Assembly: GCA_000165345.1 (NCBI GenBank)
Contig: CM000432.1
Coordinates: 32,001-96,000, forward strand
Length of the DNA stretch: 64,000 nucleotides
Direction: 5' to 3'
A model generated the notes under the pieces. That model ran no database searches and was not told where the DNA came from. It saw nothing but the letters and a program-made list of their open reading frames with translations. Below, in pieces: positions 33,362 through 43,995 of the stretch (its first letter is position 1; every line of letters starts with the position of its first letter). The translations under genes and the position numbers were made by a program.

Positions 33362-33369
33362 TTCCCGCC
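33362..33369. promoter_or_regulatory. TTCCCGCC (GGCGGGAA in reverse orientation), ~250 bp upstream of Cks1
   Basis: aaaATTCCCGCCtgatgtgggg. Confidence 0.4.
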
Positions 33370-33618
33370 TGATGTGGGGCAGAACATGTAAGTTAGGTGT
33401 CAAAATTATTAATAAAAGGAATAGCATGCTGTAAGTAAACTTGATAGTGGATAATCAGAATTAAATAAAATTATTTTTAATTAATATAAAATATATTATT
33501 GTTCAAGTTTGAGCTTGAAATATTCTCAATACAATATTTTTGGGATTGCCAGGAATTCTCATTGAGAAATTACTAATTAAAATTAAATTAGGTTGATTAT
33601 TTAAAAAGAAAAATTAAG

Positions 33619-34109
33619 ATGAGAAGTCCTTATGCTGAAGAAGTAGAATATTCTGAGAAATTTAATATGGATACGCATGAGTACAGGTAAATATAGCAAT
33701 ATCATTTAATTATTGAAAACAGTGATTAATTAAAATGATCTCAGATTTGTGAAGTTAACAAGGCCATTATATAAGAAACTTCAACAATACAGGTAAGTAA
33801 TTTTTATCATTTAATATATTTTAATGAAAATTACAAATGTTTTAGAGCAACAAGAGGGAATGGACCATTGATTTCAGAGGAAGAATGGCGACATGTATTA
33901 GGTAAGTTATTTACTTATTTAACCATTTGAATAATTTAAAAAATTTTTCTAAAAATCTTCAGGACTACAAATGAGCAGAGGATGGGTACACTTTTTGGAT
34001 TGGAAAAAGGAACCTTGGGTTTTATGTTTCAGAAGACCACAGGGAACAAATCCTCAAACAGGAAAAGTAGACAAATCTATGGAAAACATAAATCAAATGA
34101 ACAAATAAG
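33619..34109 (+). CDS. CKS1: Cyclin-dependent kinase regulatory subunit Cks1/Suc1. Four exons: 33619..33686, 33745..33792, 33846..33901, 33963..34109
   Basis: The spliced product MRSPYAEEVEYSEKFNMDTHEYRFVKLTRPLYKKL...ISEEEWRHVLGLQMSRGWVHFLDWKKEPWVLCFRRP aligns with the Cks core (YSDKY.DE.EYRHV.LP...SE.EWR.LGVQQS.GWVHY...EP.HILLFRRP). All three introns (58, 53 and 61 nt) have GTAA(A/G)T donors and (T)nAG acceptors. The intron phases (2, 2, 1) are consistent. Confidence 0.7.
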
Positions 34110-34353
34110 TATTTTCAATTATTTATAATTAATATCTAAAATTTAGAGCGACGTTTTGGGTGGTCTGAAATTCCCAATAAATTCGAATTAGAATTATAAT
34201 TAAAAAATATAATTAATTTAAAATCTATAATTAACTTTATAAATAGCTGAGGTTTTTAATTTACGTCATCTTACACCTTTCCTTTTCCCCTCATCTTTTT
34301 TTTTCACTTTGAATTCTTTTAGAAATGTTCATCATAGAGTGTCATCTGGGTAA

Positions 34354-34374
34354 CCCGCCCATAGTGGGCGCCAA
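34354..34374. promoter_or_regulatory. CCCGCCC plus TGGGCGCCAA boxes upstream of the proteasome alpha-4 gene
   Basis: taaCCCGCCCatagTGGGCGCCAAtttg. Confidence 0.4.
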
Positions 34375-34691
34375 TTTGCACATATTTAAGGGGGAAGTTG
34401 GGTATCTTTTTAATATATAAAATTTATTAAATAATAAAATTAGCCAAATTATATTATTTGATATTAAGGCAATTTAAAAAGAATTAAAGAATTGTTCAGG
34501 AAATAAAATATTTAGGAGGGGAGAAATTTAGCTGATCAAGTGTTTTTGAATTCAGATAAATATATAAATTGATTATTTATATATTTGTAATATAAATAGC
34601 AGAATAGCTATATTATCAATTAATTGTAGGACAAAGAAAACAGTAGTAACCGAGGAGATAATTCAATTTTGGTAGAGACTTATTAGTAGAA

Positions 34692-35477
34692 ATGTCACGA
34701 AGATACGATTCTAGAACAACAACATTTTCTCCTGAAGGTCGATTATATCAAGTAGAATATGCATTGGAAGCAATTAATAATGCAGCTCCAACAGTTGGGA
34801 TACTTTGTAAAGAAGGAGTAATTCTGGGAGCAGATAAGGCAATAGTATCAAAATTACTTGATCAAGGAAAGTCACTGGAGAAAATTTATACAATAGATCG
34901 TCATATTATAGCTGCTGTAGCTGGTTTGACAGCTGATGCAAATATTTTGATTGCCCAAGCACGTATAGACTCTCAAAGATATCAATATACATATGGCGAG
35001 GAACAGCCAGTAGAACAATTAGTTACTCAAATATGCGATAGAAAACAAAGTTATACACAATTTGGTGGATTGAGACCATTTGGTGTATCATTTTTATTTG
35101 CTGGATATGATAAGAATTATGGATACCAGTTATATCAGTCTGATCCATCTGGTAATTTCTCGGGATGGAAGGCTACTGCGATTGGTCAAAATAACCAAAC
35201 TGCTACATCTTTATTGAAACAAGAATGGAACGAGGACTTAACATTAGAACAAGGTCTTCACTTAGTTGCAAAAGTTTTAACCAAGACTATGGATACAACT
35301 TCTCCTACAGCAGATAAATTTGAGTTTTCTATTTTGACTCACAATAATGAATCTAATAAGTGCAGCCAGAAAATTTTGTCTGAAAAAGAAATTGGGGAAT
35401 TGTTGGAAAAAGTCCAAAAAGAAATTGCTTCTGAAAATAATGCTAAGAATAACTCTGAAACTAATAACCAGAGTTAA
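34692..35477 (+). CDS. PSMA4: 20S proteasome alpha subunit type 4 (PSMA4/Pre9)
   Basis: The N-terminus [28 protein letters not shown] is nearly identical to human PSMA4 [48 protein letters not shown] and [18 protein letters not shown] are also conserved. Confidence 0.85.
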   Translation: [261 protein letters not shown]

Positions 35478-36065
35478 GTGAATATATATTTATAGATATT
35501 TGTTATTACTCAAATTATTATTCATAATACAATTTCCTAATGTCTTCTGACATTGTATTAGAGAATTTTCCATAGATGTTTCAAATATCTTTATTATTAA
35601 CATTAGATAGGAGTAAATATATTAGTTTTCAATTCAAATTGGTAGTTTTATCTTTATTAGTTGTTTTCTATTCTGTTTGTTTGATGTACGTATTAATTCT
35701 AAAACTTTGTCAAGTATAGTCTAGTTAATATTAAGTTAATAATTCAAAGTATAAGATACACACGTAATCAATTTTCTTTCAAAAAAAGGTCCAGTTGATA
35801 TCGAGAATTCTTATCCTATATATCAGCTCTAAATATAAATATCATTAAAAGTTAAATATTAAAATACTTTATTTAATCAACTTTGTAATCATTTAGTCAT
35901 TGTTTACTATTCATCCTAAAATTCACGGTAACAAACAGCTAAATCATATTGTTTTTATCCTGTCATTTAATATTTAATACATTTGGTAAATTAATTCAGT
36001 TAAATCGAATTAAACAATATAATGTGGAGCCATAAATAAAGACTAAACATGAATATCAGGAATTT

Positions 36066-36078
36066 ATGGCGCCAAAAA
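36066..36078. promoter_or_regulatory. ATGGCGCCAAAAA box upstream of Sec31
   Basis: A TTTGGCGCCAAA-type palindromic E2F site. Confidence 0.4.
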
Positions 36079-36297
36079 GTAATAGTGGGTTCTTTGATTT
36101 TATGTATTACGGTAGGTATAAATATAAGAAAAAATAATCAAATTAAGCGAGAGGAGAGATAAGATTTGCTGGTAAAAAGATTGCAAATCTGAATAATTCA
36201 GGATTAATAATAAAGCAGGCCATAGGTCGAAGTAGGTTTGGAAGGAGTTATACAAAGTAATCCAAGTGAAGGGTATAGAAATTGCACTTTAAAAAGA

Positions 36298-36321
36298 AAT
36301 AATAATAATAATAATAATAAT
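36298..36321. repeat. (AAT)8 microsatellite immediately 5' of the Sec31 start
   Basis: aataataataataataataataat. The track's TTG start at 36321 lies inside it. The real ATG is at 36336. Confidence 0.8.
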
Positions 36322-36335
36322 TGAAATTTATTTCA

Positions 36336-39300
36336 ATGTTACTTAAAGAAATAGCGTCATCGGCAAAAATTAGTTGGTGTCCAATATCAACTAAGAATAA
36401 GCTGAGTTTGTTAGCTTTAGGAGGTTGTGGGCTAAATCCCTGTTTAAGTGTGGGATTAATTGATATTACCAATAATGGTAAAGATATTCAAAATATAGGA
36501 ACATCTTCTTTGAACTCAAGGTGCACATCAATAGCTTGGGGAAGTTTTAATCCAGAAGAGAATGCTTTGGGTCTTATTTGTACTGGAATGGAAGATGGTA
36601 ACATGAGTTTATTTAAGCCAATATTATCGACTTATGATTCAAATAGAAAAGATGGAGAAATCATGCTTGAAAGAATATGTGAAACAAACATTTATCCTTC
36701 TGCGGTAAGTTGTTTGGAATTCAATAAAACTGACCATCAGTTACTTGCATCTGGAGGAAATGATGGAAAAGTTTATGTTTTAGATTTGAGTGATGGTATA
36801 ACTGGAAATTTGAACTATTATGAGCCAGGAAAGGAAAATAAGCATGGAGATTCTGATGTGACTGCTTTGAAATGGAATCCAAAAGTCCCTCATATTATGT
36901 CATCTTCTTCAAGCAATGGTACTACAGCAATCTGGGATTTAAAGATGAAAAAAAGTGCTATTTCATTTAGAGATCCTGCTCAAAGATCTAGACCTTCGAC
37001 TTTAGCATGGGTTCCAAATCAACCAACACAAATAGTTGTGGGATATGATGATGATAGAAATCCCTCGCTCCAGTTATGGGATTTAAGAAATGTTTCATAT
37101 CCATTTAAAGAAGCTGTCTCTGCTCATCAAAAAGGAGTAATGTCTATAGAGTTTTCTCCAATTGATCCTAATTTATTGCTTTCTTCTGGAAAGGATGGAA
37201 AAACAATATGTTGGACATTATTAAATAACCAGCAGCCAGAAATATTTACAGAAATTCATTCTCAGCAATGGAGTGTTCAAAACCAATGGTCTCCAAATAT
37301 TCCTGGAATATTCGCTACAGCATCTCACAATGACAAGGTTAGTATCTATTCTTTATCATCACATTCCAGTACAACAACTTATATTCCATCTTGGTATCAT
37401 AAACCATGCGGAGTGAATTTCACATTTTCTGGTAAATTAGTTTCATTTTCGAGTAAATCTACTGGTGGAGTACCCCAATTTAACTTATATAGAGTACCTA
37501 CAAATCCTGAAATAACTGCTCATGCTGATATGTTTGATCAGTTACTCAACCAAGGAGACTTCATTGGCTATTGTCAGAAAAAATGTCAGGAATCAGAAAG
37601 TTCCAATGAAAAGCTTGCTTGGAGTCTGGTTGAAAATATGTTTTCTGAAGATTCTGTTGAAAGACGTCTATATATTGCTTCACTTTTGGGATTCGATTTC
37701 AATAATGCAAGTACAACAGCAAACCAGTTTTTAGGGAGAAAGTGTGGAGTAATATCACAGCAAGAAGAACTTCAAAAAGAACTTTCTGCTATTAATCAAC
37801 AAAACAATATCAGCTTAATCCAAGATCCTGCCTCTACTTCATTTACTGGAATGAGCTATCAAAATAGTCCAACTAATATGAATGGTAATAATATTTCTGG
37901 TTTTCAAACTTTATCGGGACAGATGGTATCCAATCAATCTTTGGACCCAGAAAAATTCTTCCAACAATTAGGAGAGAGTGAATCTCCCAATAATAATAAA
38001 GATAAAGAAACTGAATTTAATCAAAAAGATGACGAGCCTTATACATCTGGACAAGATTACTCTAGTGGAACAAGATTTTGTTGCGAAGGCGCTGACAATG
38101 AAATGATTGAAAATCCATTCGCCAGTATTCCTCAGGGTCAAGAAAACCAAACAAGCCATGATTTGTTTAATTCAAGTGGCTTCCCTGGAAGTAGTATGAA
38201 GTGTAATCACGGAGTTTATATACAACAAGGTACTGAGCTTTCTCATTCTAATCTAAGTGTTGGTAAGCTGCACAACTTAAGACAAAATGAATGGACAAAA
38301 CAAGAGGAGGATGTTATTAATGAACTACTTGTAACAGGAAATATTGATTCTGCAATTGATGTTTGTGTGCAAAGAGGATTTTTCGCTGAAGCTTTACTTT
38401 TGGCGGTAAAATTCGGAGGTATTTACCTTGACTATGTACAAAAACAATATTTGAAAAAACACGAATGTCAATATACCCAAAAGGTTTTAGGTCATGTGAT
38501 TATGGATGATCTTGAAGATTTTGTTAAGAGCAGTAACTTGGACCGTTGGAATGAAACTTTAGCAATTATTTCAATCTATACCCAACCTAATGGAATAAGA
38601 CTTGGAGATTATTCTTACCAGTCAAAGTATACAATGGAGAACCTCTCTGAATTGTTAGCTAAGAGATTGCAGGAAGAAAAGTTTGATGTTCGATCTGCAT
38701 TAATTTGCTATCTGTGTGCTCGAAACTTTAGAAATTCTATTGAAATTTGGGGTAACATGGCATCTTGCCAAAGCTCACAAATCATTGGACTTCAAGACTT
38801 TGTCGAAAAAGTAGCAATTCTTCAGGCAGCAACAAGATTTAATGGTAACGACGAGAATATTACAAAACAGGTTGTCCAATATGCTGAAATCCTTGCTAAT
38901 TCTGGAAGGATTGTAGCAGCAATGAAATTCCTTTCCTCCTTAGCTTCTAATGACTACTCCATTAACTCATCAACTTTAAGAGATAGGATATACAATGCAG
39001 CTCCAGAGCTCATGAGTTCTTTGGGATTTAACAAACCAAATTTCCCTTTCACCATTATCGATGTTGCTCCATTTGTGAATGCTAATGCAAATATTTACCA
39101 GCATCAACAACATCCAAACCAACAGCAACATGGTATGTTTGGAGTTAACAACTCGTTCCAATCAAATTTGAATATTGGCATGAATTCCTATCCAATGATG
39201 AATAATGGTAACAACAATACCGGTATGGGTATGGTGGGACAAATGATGCAACCTCCTCCTCTTTCATCTCATGGGGTGCCACCTTCAGGACCTTCTTCAA

Positions 39301-40415
39301 TCCACTCGAACCAGATGCATCCTTCTCCTCCCCCTCCTCCTCCCTCATCCATCCATTCTACAATAAATAATGGAATGCCAGGCGGTATTCAAACTCAATG
39401 TCAGGCATTTAGGCCAGGAATTCCATCTAGCTCGGGACTCCCTCCTCCTCCTCCTCCACCCTCTACTACTTCCTCTATTCCTCAAATGATGAGGCCATCT
39501 TCATCCTTACCATCAACTGGTAATGGGATGATGTCAAATCAGCTACCTCCGCCTCCTTCACAAAATATGGCTGCTCTAACTCGTCCAAGTTCTCCAAATG
39601 TAGCATATTCTCAGAACAATGTCGCACTTGGAGTTGGATCAGGATTGTCTTCCACAAACCAAGGTGTAAAACAATTCTTACCTCAGTCGGCTCAGCCTCC
39701 ACCAGTAAATCCTCCTAATTCTTTTATGAACAGCTTAAACAAGAACAATTTTGGTACTAACAATGTCCCTCCTGCTCCTATACCTACATCTATTCCAGCA
39801 CCTTCTCAAATCCCATCTTCAGTTCCTCCTGTGGCTCCTCCTCCAATGCCAAATTCAAATAATAGCAGTATTATTGGAGGAGGAATGCAAGGAGTCTTGA
39901 ATCAAGGAATCAGTCAAGTCGCTCCTCCATCAAACAGATCATCAATTACTACTGCCCCTCATAGTGGAGCTACACCACCAATACCAGGAATGCCAGTACC
40001 ATGGCCACTACCAACAGCAACACAACAATTGAATTCAACAACATCAACAACAGCAAACGCAAATAAACAGATTCAGGAAGCATCTAAAAAGAATAATTCC
40101 CAGATAGTGGGAAAACCTTTATCTGGTCAACTATTGGATATGGTAACAAATGTGGTGAATTCTAATTTGAATAGCATTTTTGCAAATGACCCAAGAAAGA
40201 AGATGGATGCTCAGAAAAGATTTGATGAGCTTTTTGAAAATCTAAGAGTTGGAAATATTTCAGAAACTGTTTCATCCAAAGTTGTTAATCTTTGCCAAGC
40301 CTTGCAAACAGGGGATTACTTGACTGCAAATAAAATCCATATTGATTTGAGTTCAACAGAGTGGGAGAATAATAAAAACTGGCTGATGGCTTTTAAGAGA
40401 ATTATTCCCAAATAA
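36336..40415 (+). CDS. SEC31: COPII coat subunit Sec31 (WD40 propeller, alpha-solenoid, proline-rich region)
   Basis: The N-terminus MLLKEIASSAKISWCPISTKNKLSLLALGG matches the Sec31 start (MKLKEI.RTA..AWSP.....LLA.GT). WD40 repeats follow. A ~350-aa proline-rich segment (PPPPPPSSIHS, LPPPPPPPST) lies near the C-terminus. A conserved C-terminal domain follows. Confidence 0.8.
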   Translation: MLLKEIASSAKISWCPISTKNKLSLLALGGCGLNPCLSVGLIDITNNGKDIQNIGTSSLNSRCTSIAWGSFNPEENALGLICTGMEDGNMSLFKPILSTYDSNRKDGEIMLERICETNIYPSAVSCLEFNKTDHQLLASGGNDGKVYVLDLSDGITGNLNYYEPGKENKHGDSDVTALKWNPKVPHIMSSSSSNGTTAIWDLKMKKSAISFRDPAQRSRPSTLAWVPNQPTQIVVGYDDDRNPSLQLWDLRNVSYPFKEAVSAHQKGVMSIEFSPIDPNLLLSSGKDGKTICWTLLNNQQPEIFTEIHSQQWSVQNQWSPNIPGIFATASHNDKVSIYSLSSHSSTTTYIPSWYHKPCGVNFTFSGKLVSFSSKSTGGVPQFNLYRVPTNPEITAHADMFDQLLNQGDFIGYCQKKCQESESSNEKLAWSLVENMFSEDSVERRLYIASLLGFDFNNASTTANQFLGRKCGVISQQEELQKELSAINQQNNISLIQDPASTSFTGMSYQNSPTNMNGNNISGFQTLSGQMVSNQSLDPEKFFQQLGESESPNNNKDKETEFNQKDDEPYTSGQDYSSGTRFCCEGADNEMIENPFASIPQGQENQTSHDLFNSSGFPGSSMKCNHGVYIQQGTELSHSNLSVGKLHNLRQNEWTKQEEDVINELLVTGNIDSAIDVCVQRGFFAEALLLAVKFGGIYLDYVQKQYLKKHECQYTQKVLGHVIMDDLEDFVKSSNLDRWNETLAIISIYTQPNGIRLGDYSYQSKYTMENLSELLAKRLQEEKFDVRSALICYLCARNFRNSIEIWGNMASCQSSQIIGLQDFVEKVAILQAATRFNGNDENITKQVVQYAEILANSGRIVAAMKFLSSLASNDYSINSSTLRDRIYNAAPELMSSLGFNKPNFPFTIIDVAPFVNANANIYQHQQHPNQQQHGMFGVNNSFQSNLNIGMNSYPMMNNGNNNTGMGMVGQMMQPPPLSSHGVPPSGPSSIHSNQMHPSPPPPPPSSIHSTINNGMPGGIQTQCQAFRPGIPSSSGLPPPPPPPSTTSSIPQMMRPSSSLPSTGNGMMSNQLPPPPSQNMAALTRPSSPNVAYSQNNVALGVGSGLSSTNQGVKQFLPQSAQPPPVNPPNSFMNSLNKNNFGTNNVPPAPIPTSIPAPSQIPSSVPPVAPPPMPNSNNSSIIGGGMQGVLNQGISQVAPPSNRSSITTAPHSGATPPIPGMPVPWPLPTATQQLNSTTSTTANANKQIQEASKKNNSQIVGKPLSGQLLDMVTNVVNSNLNSIFANDPRKKMDAQKRFDELFENLRVGNISETVSSKVVNLCQALQTGDYLTANKIHIDLSSTEWENNKNWLMAFKRIIPK

Positions 40416-40891
40416 TTACGTAATCTTATTATATTTAATTACAAGTTTATCAGTATTGAAACATTATTTATCTATATATGGATATAATAAGACTGCAATA
40501 CGCTTTAGTAACTTTACTAGTAATCAAGGTCATTTAAAGTACTGTTCCACTAGAAAATTACGATATTAAGTTGAAATTTGTCTTGTTTTTGCTTTCTTTC
40601 TTTTACAATTTATATTTATATTTATTTTTATTCAAAGGAATTTAGTAATACTTTTGATCAGCTTGTCTAAAGTTGGTGAACGTTTCCGATTTTGTGAACT
40701 GAATATGAAGATTGAAAATGGAGAACATATGATTAGTTTATATTAATTTTAAAATTCATTTAATCATTATGTAGTTTTAATCGTTTAATTCTCACTAGAA
40801 TTGAGTGGAACAGTGGTATAAGGGGAAAAAAAATAATAGGCATAAAAAAAGAAACGAAGTTTATTCTATAGAAAAAAAAAAATGTAGTAAT

Positions 40892-41749
40892 TTAAATGAT
40901 TTTACTATTCTTTTGAAATTTACTGATATGATTCTTCCAAGATTGTTGTTTCTGTTTTGCTTGAGTTTCAAATATTTCATTTTTTTGTTGTTTTTTAATA
41001 ACCGAAATTTTTTTCTTCTTTTCAAGTTTAGTCTTTTCTGTGTCGTAAGACTTAATTAAAAGATTTTCAGGTATTTTATATCCAGCAGGAGTGGTAATAA
41101 TTGATGTGGAATCCAACGAATCGATAGTTTTATCGTGATTTAAATTGTTTCTAGAACTTTTACTAATCATTCTGACCCTATCATATGTAACATTTTCTTC
41201 TTGATTATAATCCAAGTATTTAATATTATATCCATTTTTAGTTAAACCAACAATTACAGAATTGTACCAATTACCATCTTCTTCAAATAAAACTTGAACC
41301 TTTTCTCCTACAGATAATCCCTTAAATTGTGGTAAAAGCTTTAAATCCTGAAATTGCAAACTAATTGTTTCTGGAATTTGACCAAATATCGAAATTAAAT
41401 AATAATCATTTATAGTGTTAGAAGCTGATTTTGGGTCTTTTGATTTAATTCTCCCAAATCTTTTGTTTCCTTTATAAAAAACTTCAACAATTTTTCCAAT
41501 ATTTACATCTTCAGGATTTTCATCACTGTTTTTCCTTTTATTATCAATAAGTTCCTCCACTAGTTGTATAACTTGTATTAAATCATCTCTAACTTCTTTA
41601 AGAATATCATAATTTGGGTCATCAGTCGTTAGTTTTAGAAGTTGTTCATCTATCTTTCTTAGTTGTTCCTGATTATCTTCAAATCTTTTTAACAATTCCT
41701 CATATGTTTCTTGAAAAATCTCCATTAATTTACTATTGACACGTGTCAT
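40892..41749 (-). CDS. Tudor-domain protein (SMN/SPF30-like)
   Basis: The Tudor-like core is GEKVQVLFEEDGNWYNSVIVGLTKNGYNIKYLDYNQEENVTYDRVR. The N-terminus is coiled-coil and the tail is K/Q-rich. ATG at 41749..41747. The first codons (ATG ACA CGT GTC AA) lie within a TGACACGTGTCA palindrome. Confidence 0.55.
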   Translation of the reverse strand: MTRVNSKLMEIFQETYEELLKRFEDNQEQLRKIDEQLLKLTTDDPNYDILKEVRDDLIQVIQLVEELIDNKRKNSDENPEDVNIGKIVEVFYKGNKRFGRIKSKDPKSASNTINDYYLISIFGQIPETISLQFQDLKLLPQFKGLSVGEKVQVLFEEDGNWYNSVIVGLTKNGYNIKYLDYNQEENVTYDRVRMISKSSRNNLNHDKTIDSLDSTSIITTPAGYKIPENLLIKSYDTEKTKLEKKKKISVIKKQQKNEIFETQAKQKQQSWKNHISKFQKNSKII

Positions 41750-41923
41750 CCCGCCACATGATTAATTATATGTAGTGGGAAAATTTTAATAAAAATAATG
41801 AAAAATTATCGCAAATATTAAAGATTCAAATATATCTTTTGGTTGATATACAATATTAGAAACCAAGTTTGAAATCGACTTTAACAAATTTTTTTTTGTT
41901 TTAATTAATTTAGGAAGTGAAAA

Positions 41924-43710
41924 TGGATGTAGAGCTCAATGACTTATTTAAGGAGCTAGAAAGAGTACAAAAACGTGAGATAAATAAGAACAAAATAAAT
42001 GAGAGAACATGTATTGAAATTTTATATAAGCTAATAAAGAAGAAAGGTCTAAATTTAATTACTAGCTTAGATGGGGAAACTTTTTACACACATAAATATT
42101 TGCTCAATAATATCCAAAATTTATTGGAGTCTAAGGGAAGAATTTCAATACATGATATTTCAAAAACAATGAAAATTTCAATAGAAGTAATATTAAAGCT
42201 AGTAAAAGATATGGAAAAAGATAATAACTACATTTTTTACAAGAGTGATATAATGACAAGAAAATATGTTGATGATATTTTTTATGATTTAAATCAAGAG
42301 TTACAAGATTTGCATATAGTGGGTTTAATGAAAATTTCAGAAAAAACGGATCTTTCTATTGAATTTATTAAAGAAGAAATTAAGAAAAGAGTGAATAATG
42401 GAGAGTCTGAGATTAAAGGTAATATAGTTTTTGAAACTAATAATAATCCATTGATAATTTCTAATACATATTATAAAATTATTGAATATATGATTAAAGG
42501 TGCATTATTAGTAGCTAAAAAGCCACTATATTTTGATGAAATTATAGATATAAAAATTCAAGATATCTCAATAATAATACAATCAACAAAAAATCTTATA
42601 GAAAAGAACTGGATTAAAGGCTTTATTTACGAAAATAAAATGTATATTCCCGACATTTTTATTAAAGAAGAAATATTATTTTTAATAAATTATTTTAAAA
42701 ATAATGGTTTTTTAGAAATTGAAAAAATTAAAGGTATTTTGAGATATTCTAATTCAAATTTGGAAATTAAAAATCAAAGAATTATTGAATGGTCAAAATT
42801 ACATTTAAGTGATAATATTATAATAATTGATGATTTATTTATTATTAATACTAATAAGGTAGAAATTATAAGGGATAATATTTTACACTCGTGTTTTGAG
42901 CTGAATCCTGGATACATTTACATTAATCACCTTCTTCCATACATTTTAACGAGTGAAATTAACAAAAATTACCATTTTGATATAATAAAACTAATTTATA
43001 AACTAAATAATCACCCAGCTGAAATACAAAGCAATGATTGGCTTTTCGTAACTTATGATGGACCTGAGTCATTATATATAACAAACCTTGACCGTTCTTA
43101 CTTTAAAATTCAATTTGAATTCGAAAGTAATGATATTAAAAATGACTTTGAAGAATTACAAGATATTTCAATCAAAAAATTTCAATTTAATTCAAGAAAA
43201 CATATTTTTAATAATAATTTTAACGCACTTTTATTTATCACAAACTTTAACTTAATTATTAATTCAAGAATAATTTGTAAATTCCAAGATTTTGTTTTTA
43301 GTAAACTAGAAAATACTATAAACAGTATGATTCTCCCTTATTTTCAACTTCTCCCAATCCCAAGTTCTGAGTTTAAGCCTATTAAGTCAAATGAAAAACA
43401 AAAAAACAAACAAATTCATAATTTCATTAATGAATTAGTTTCCAAAAATAATATAAAGGAACTTTTCCTTTCTGAGTTCAAGCAAGATTGGAATGAAATT
43501 ATTAATGATAACCCAAATAATATAGAAATTTTCTCATCAATAAGTTCTTCAAACAATATTCAAGCTAATGAAGATGATTTTCAAGATTTATTATGGCATC
43601 TAATTATTTACTCAATCGCACCATTTATTGTATATATCTATAATAGACGAATGAAATTTGTCTATGATCCCTCCAATGTTTCAAGAACCTTCCATATTGA
43701 AAAAGATTAA
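41924..43710 (+). CDS. UFL1: E3 UFM1-protein ligase 1 (UFL1) homolog
   Basis: The N-terminus (DLFKELERVQKREINKNKINERTCIEILYKLIKKKGLNLITSLDGETFYTHKYL...GRISIHDISKTM) aligns with human UFL1 ([41 protein letters not shown]...GGRVNIVDLQQVI). The first ATG is at 41924; the track's start is GTG. Confidence 0.7.
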
Positions 43711-43995
43711 TAACTAGGGCAATAGGATATATTTTAATTTATATTTTTTCCGGGGTTTAAAGCTTTCAACCTGCATTTTTTTTATTTGTTAATTTTGGCG
43801 CGTAAATCCTATTTTTACACAAACTTTTTTTTGAATTAATCTTAACCAGAAAAATTTACTAAATACATTAATAAATCATAAAGTAGTGAAATAAATTGAG
43901 CATTTAAGATTAATTAACTTAATTGATTAAATTCATTAATATCTATAATGTTTCTTAATTTCTAATTATTAATATTGGAATATTATGTTGCTCAA

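Noticed and set aside
36046-36156. 36-codon ORF ATGAATATCAGGAATTTATGGCGCC... with a signal-peptide-like start, upstream of Sec31
   Set aside because: It is too short, it overlaps the TGGCGCCA promoter box, and it has no splice continuation. It is most likely a promoter or 5' UTR sequence.
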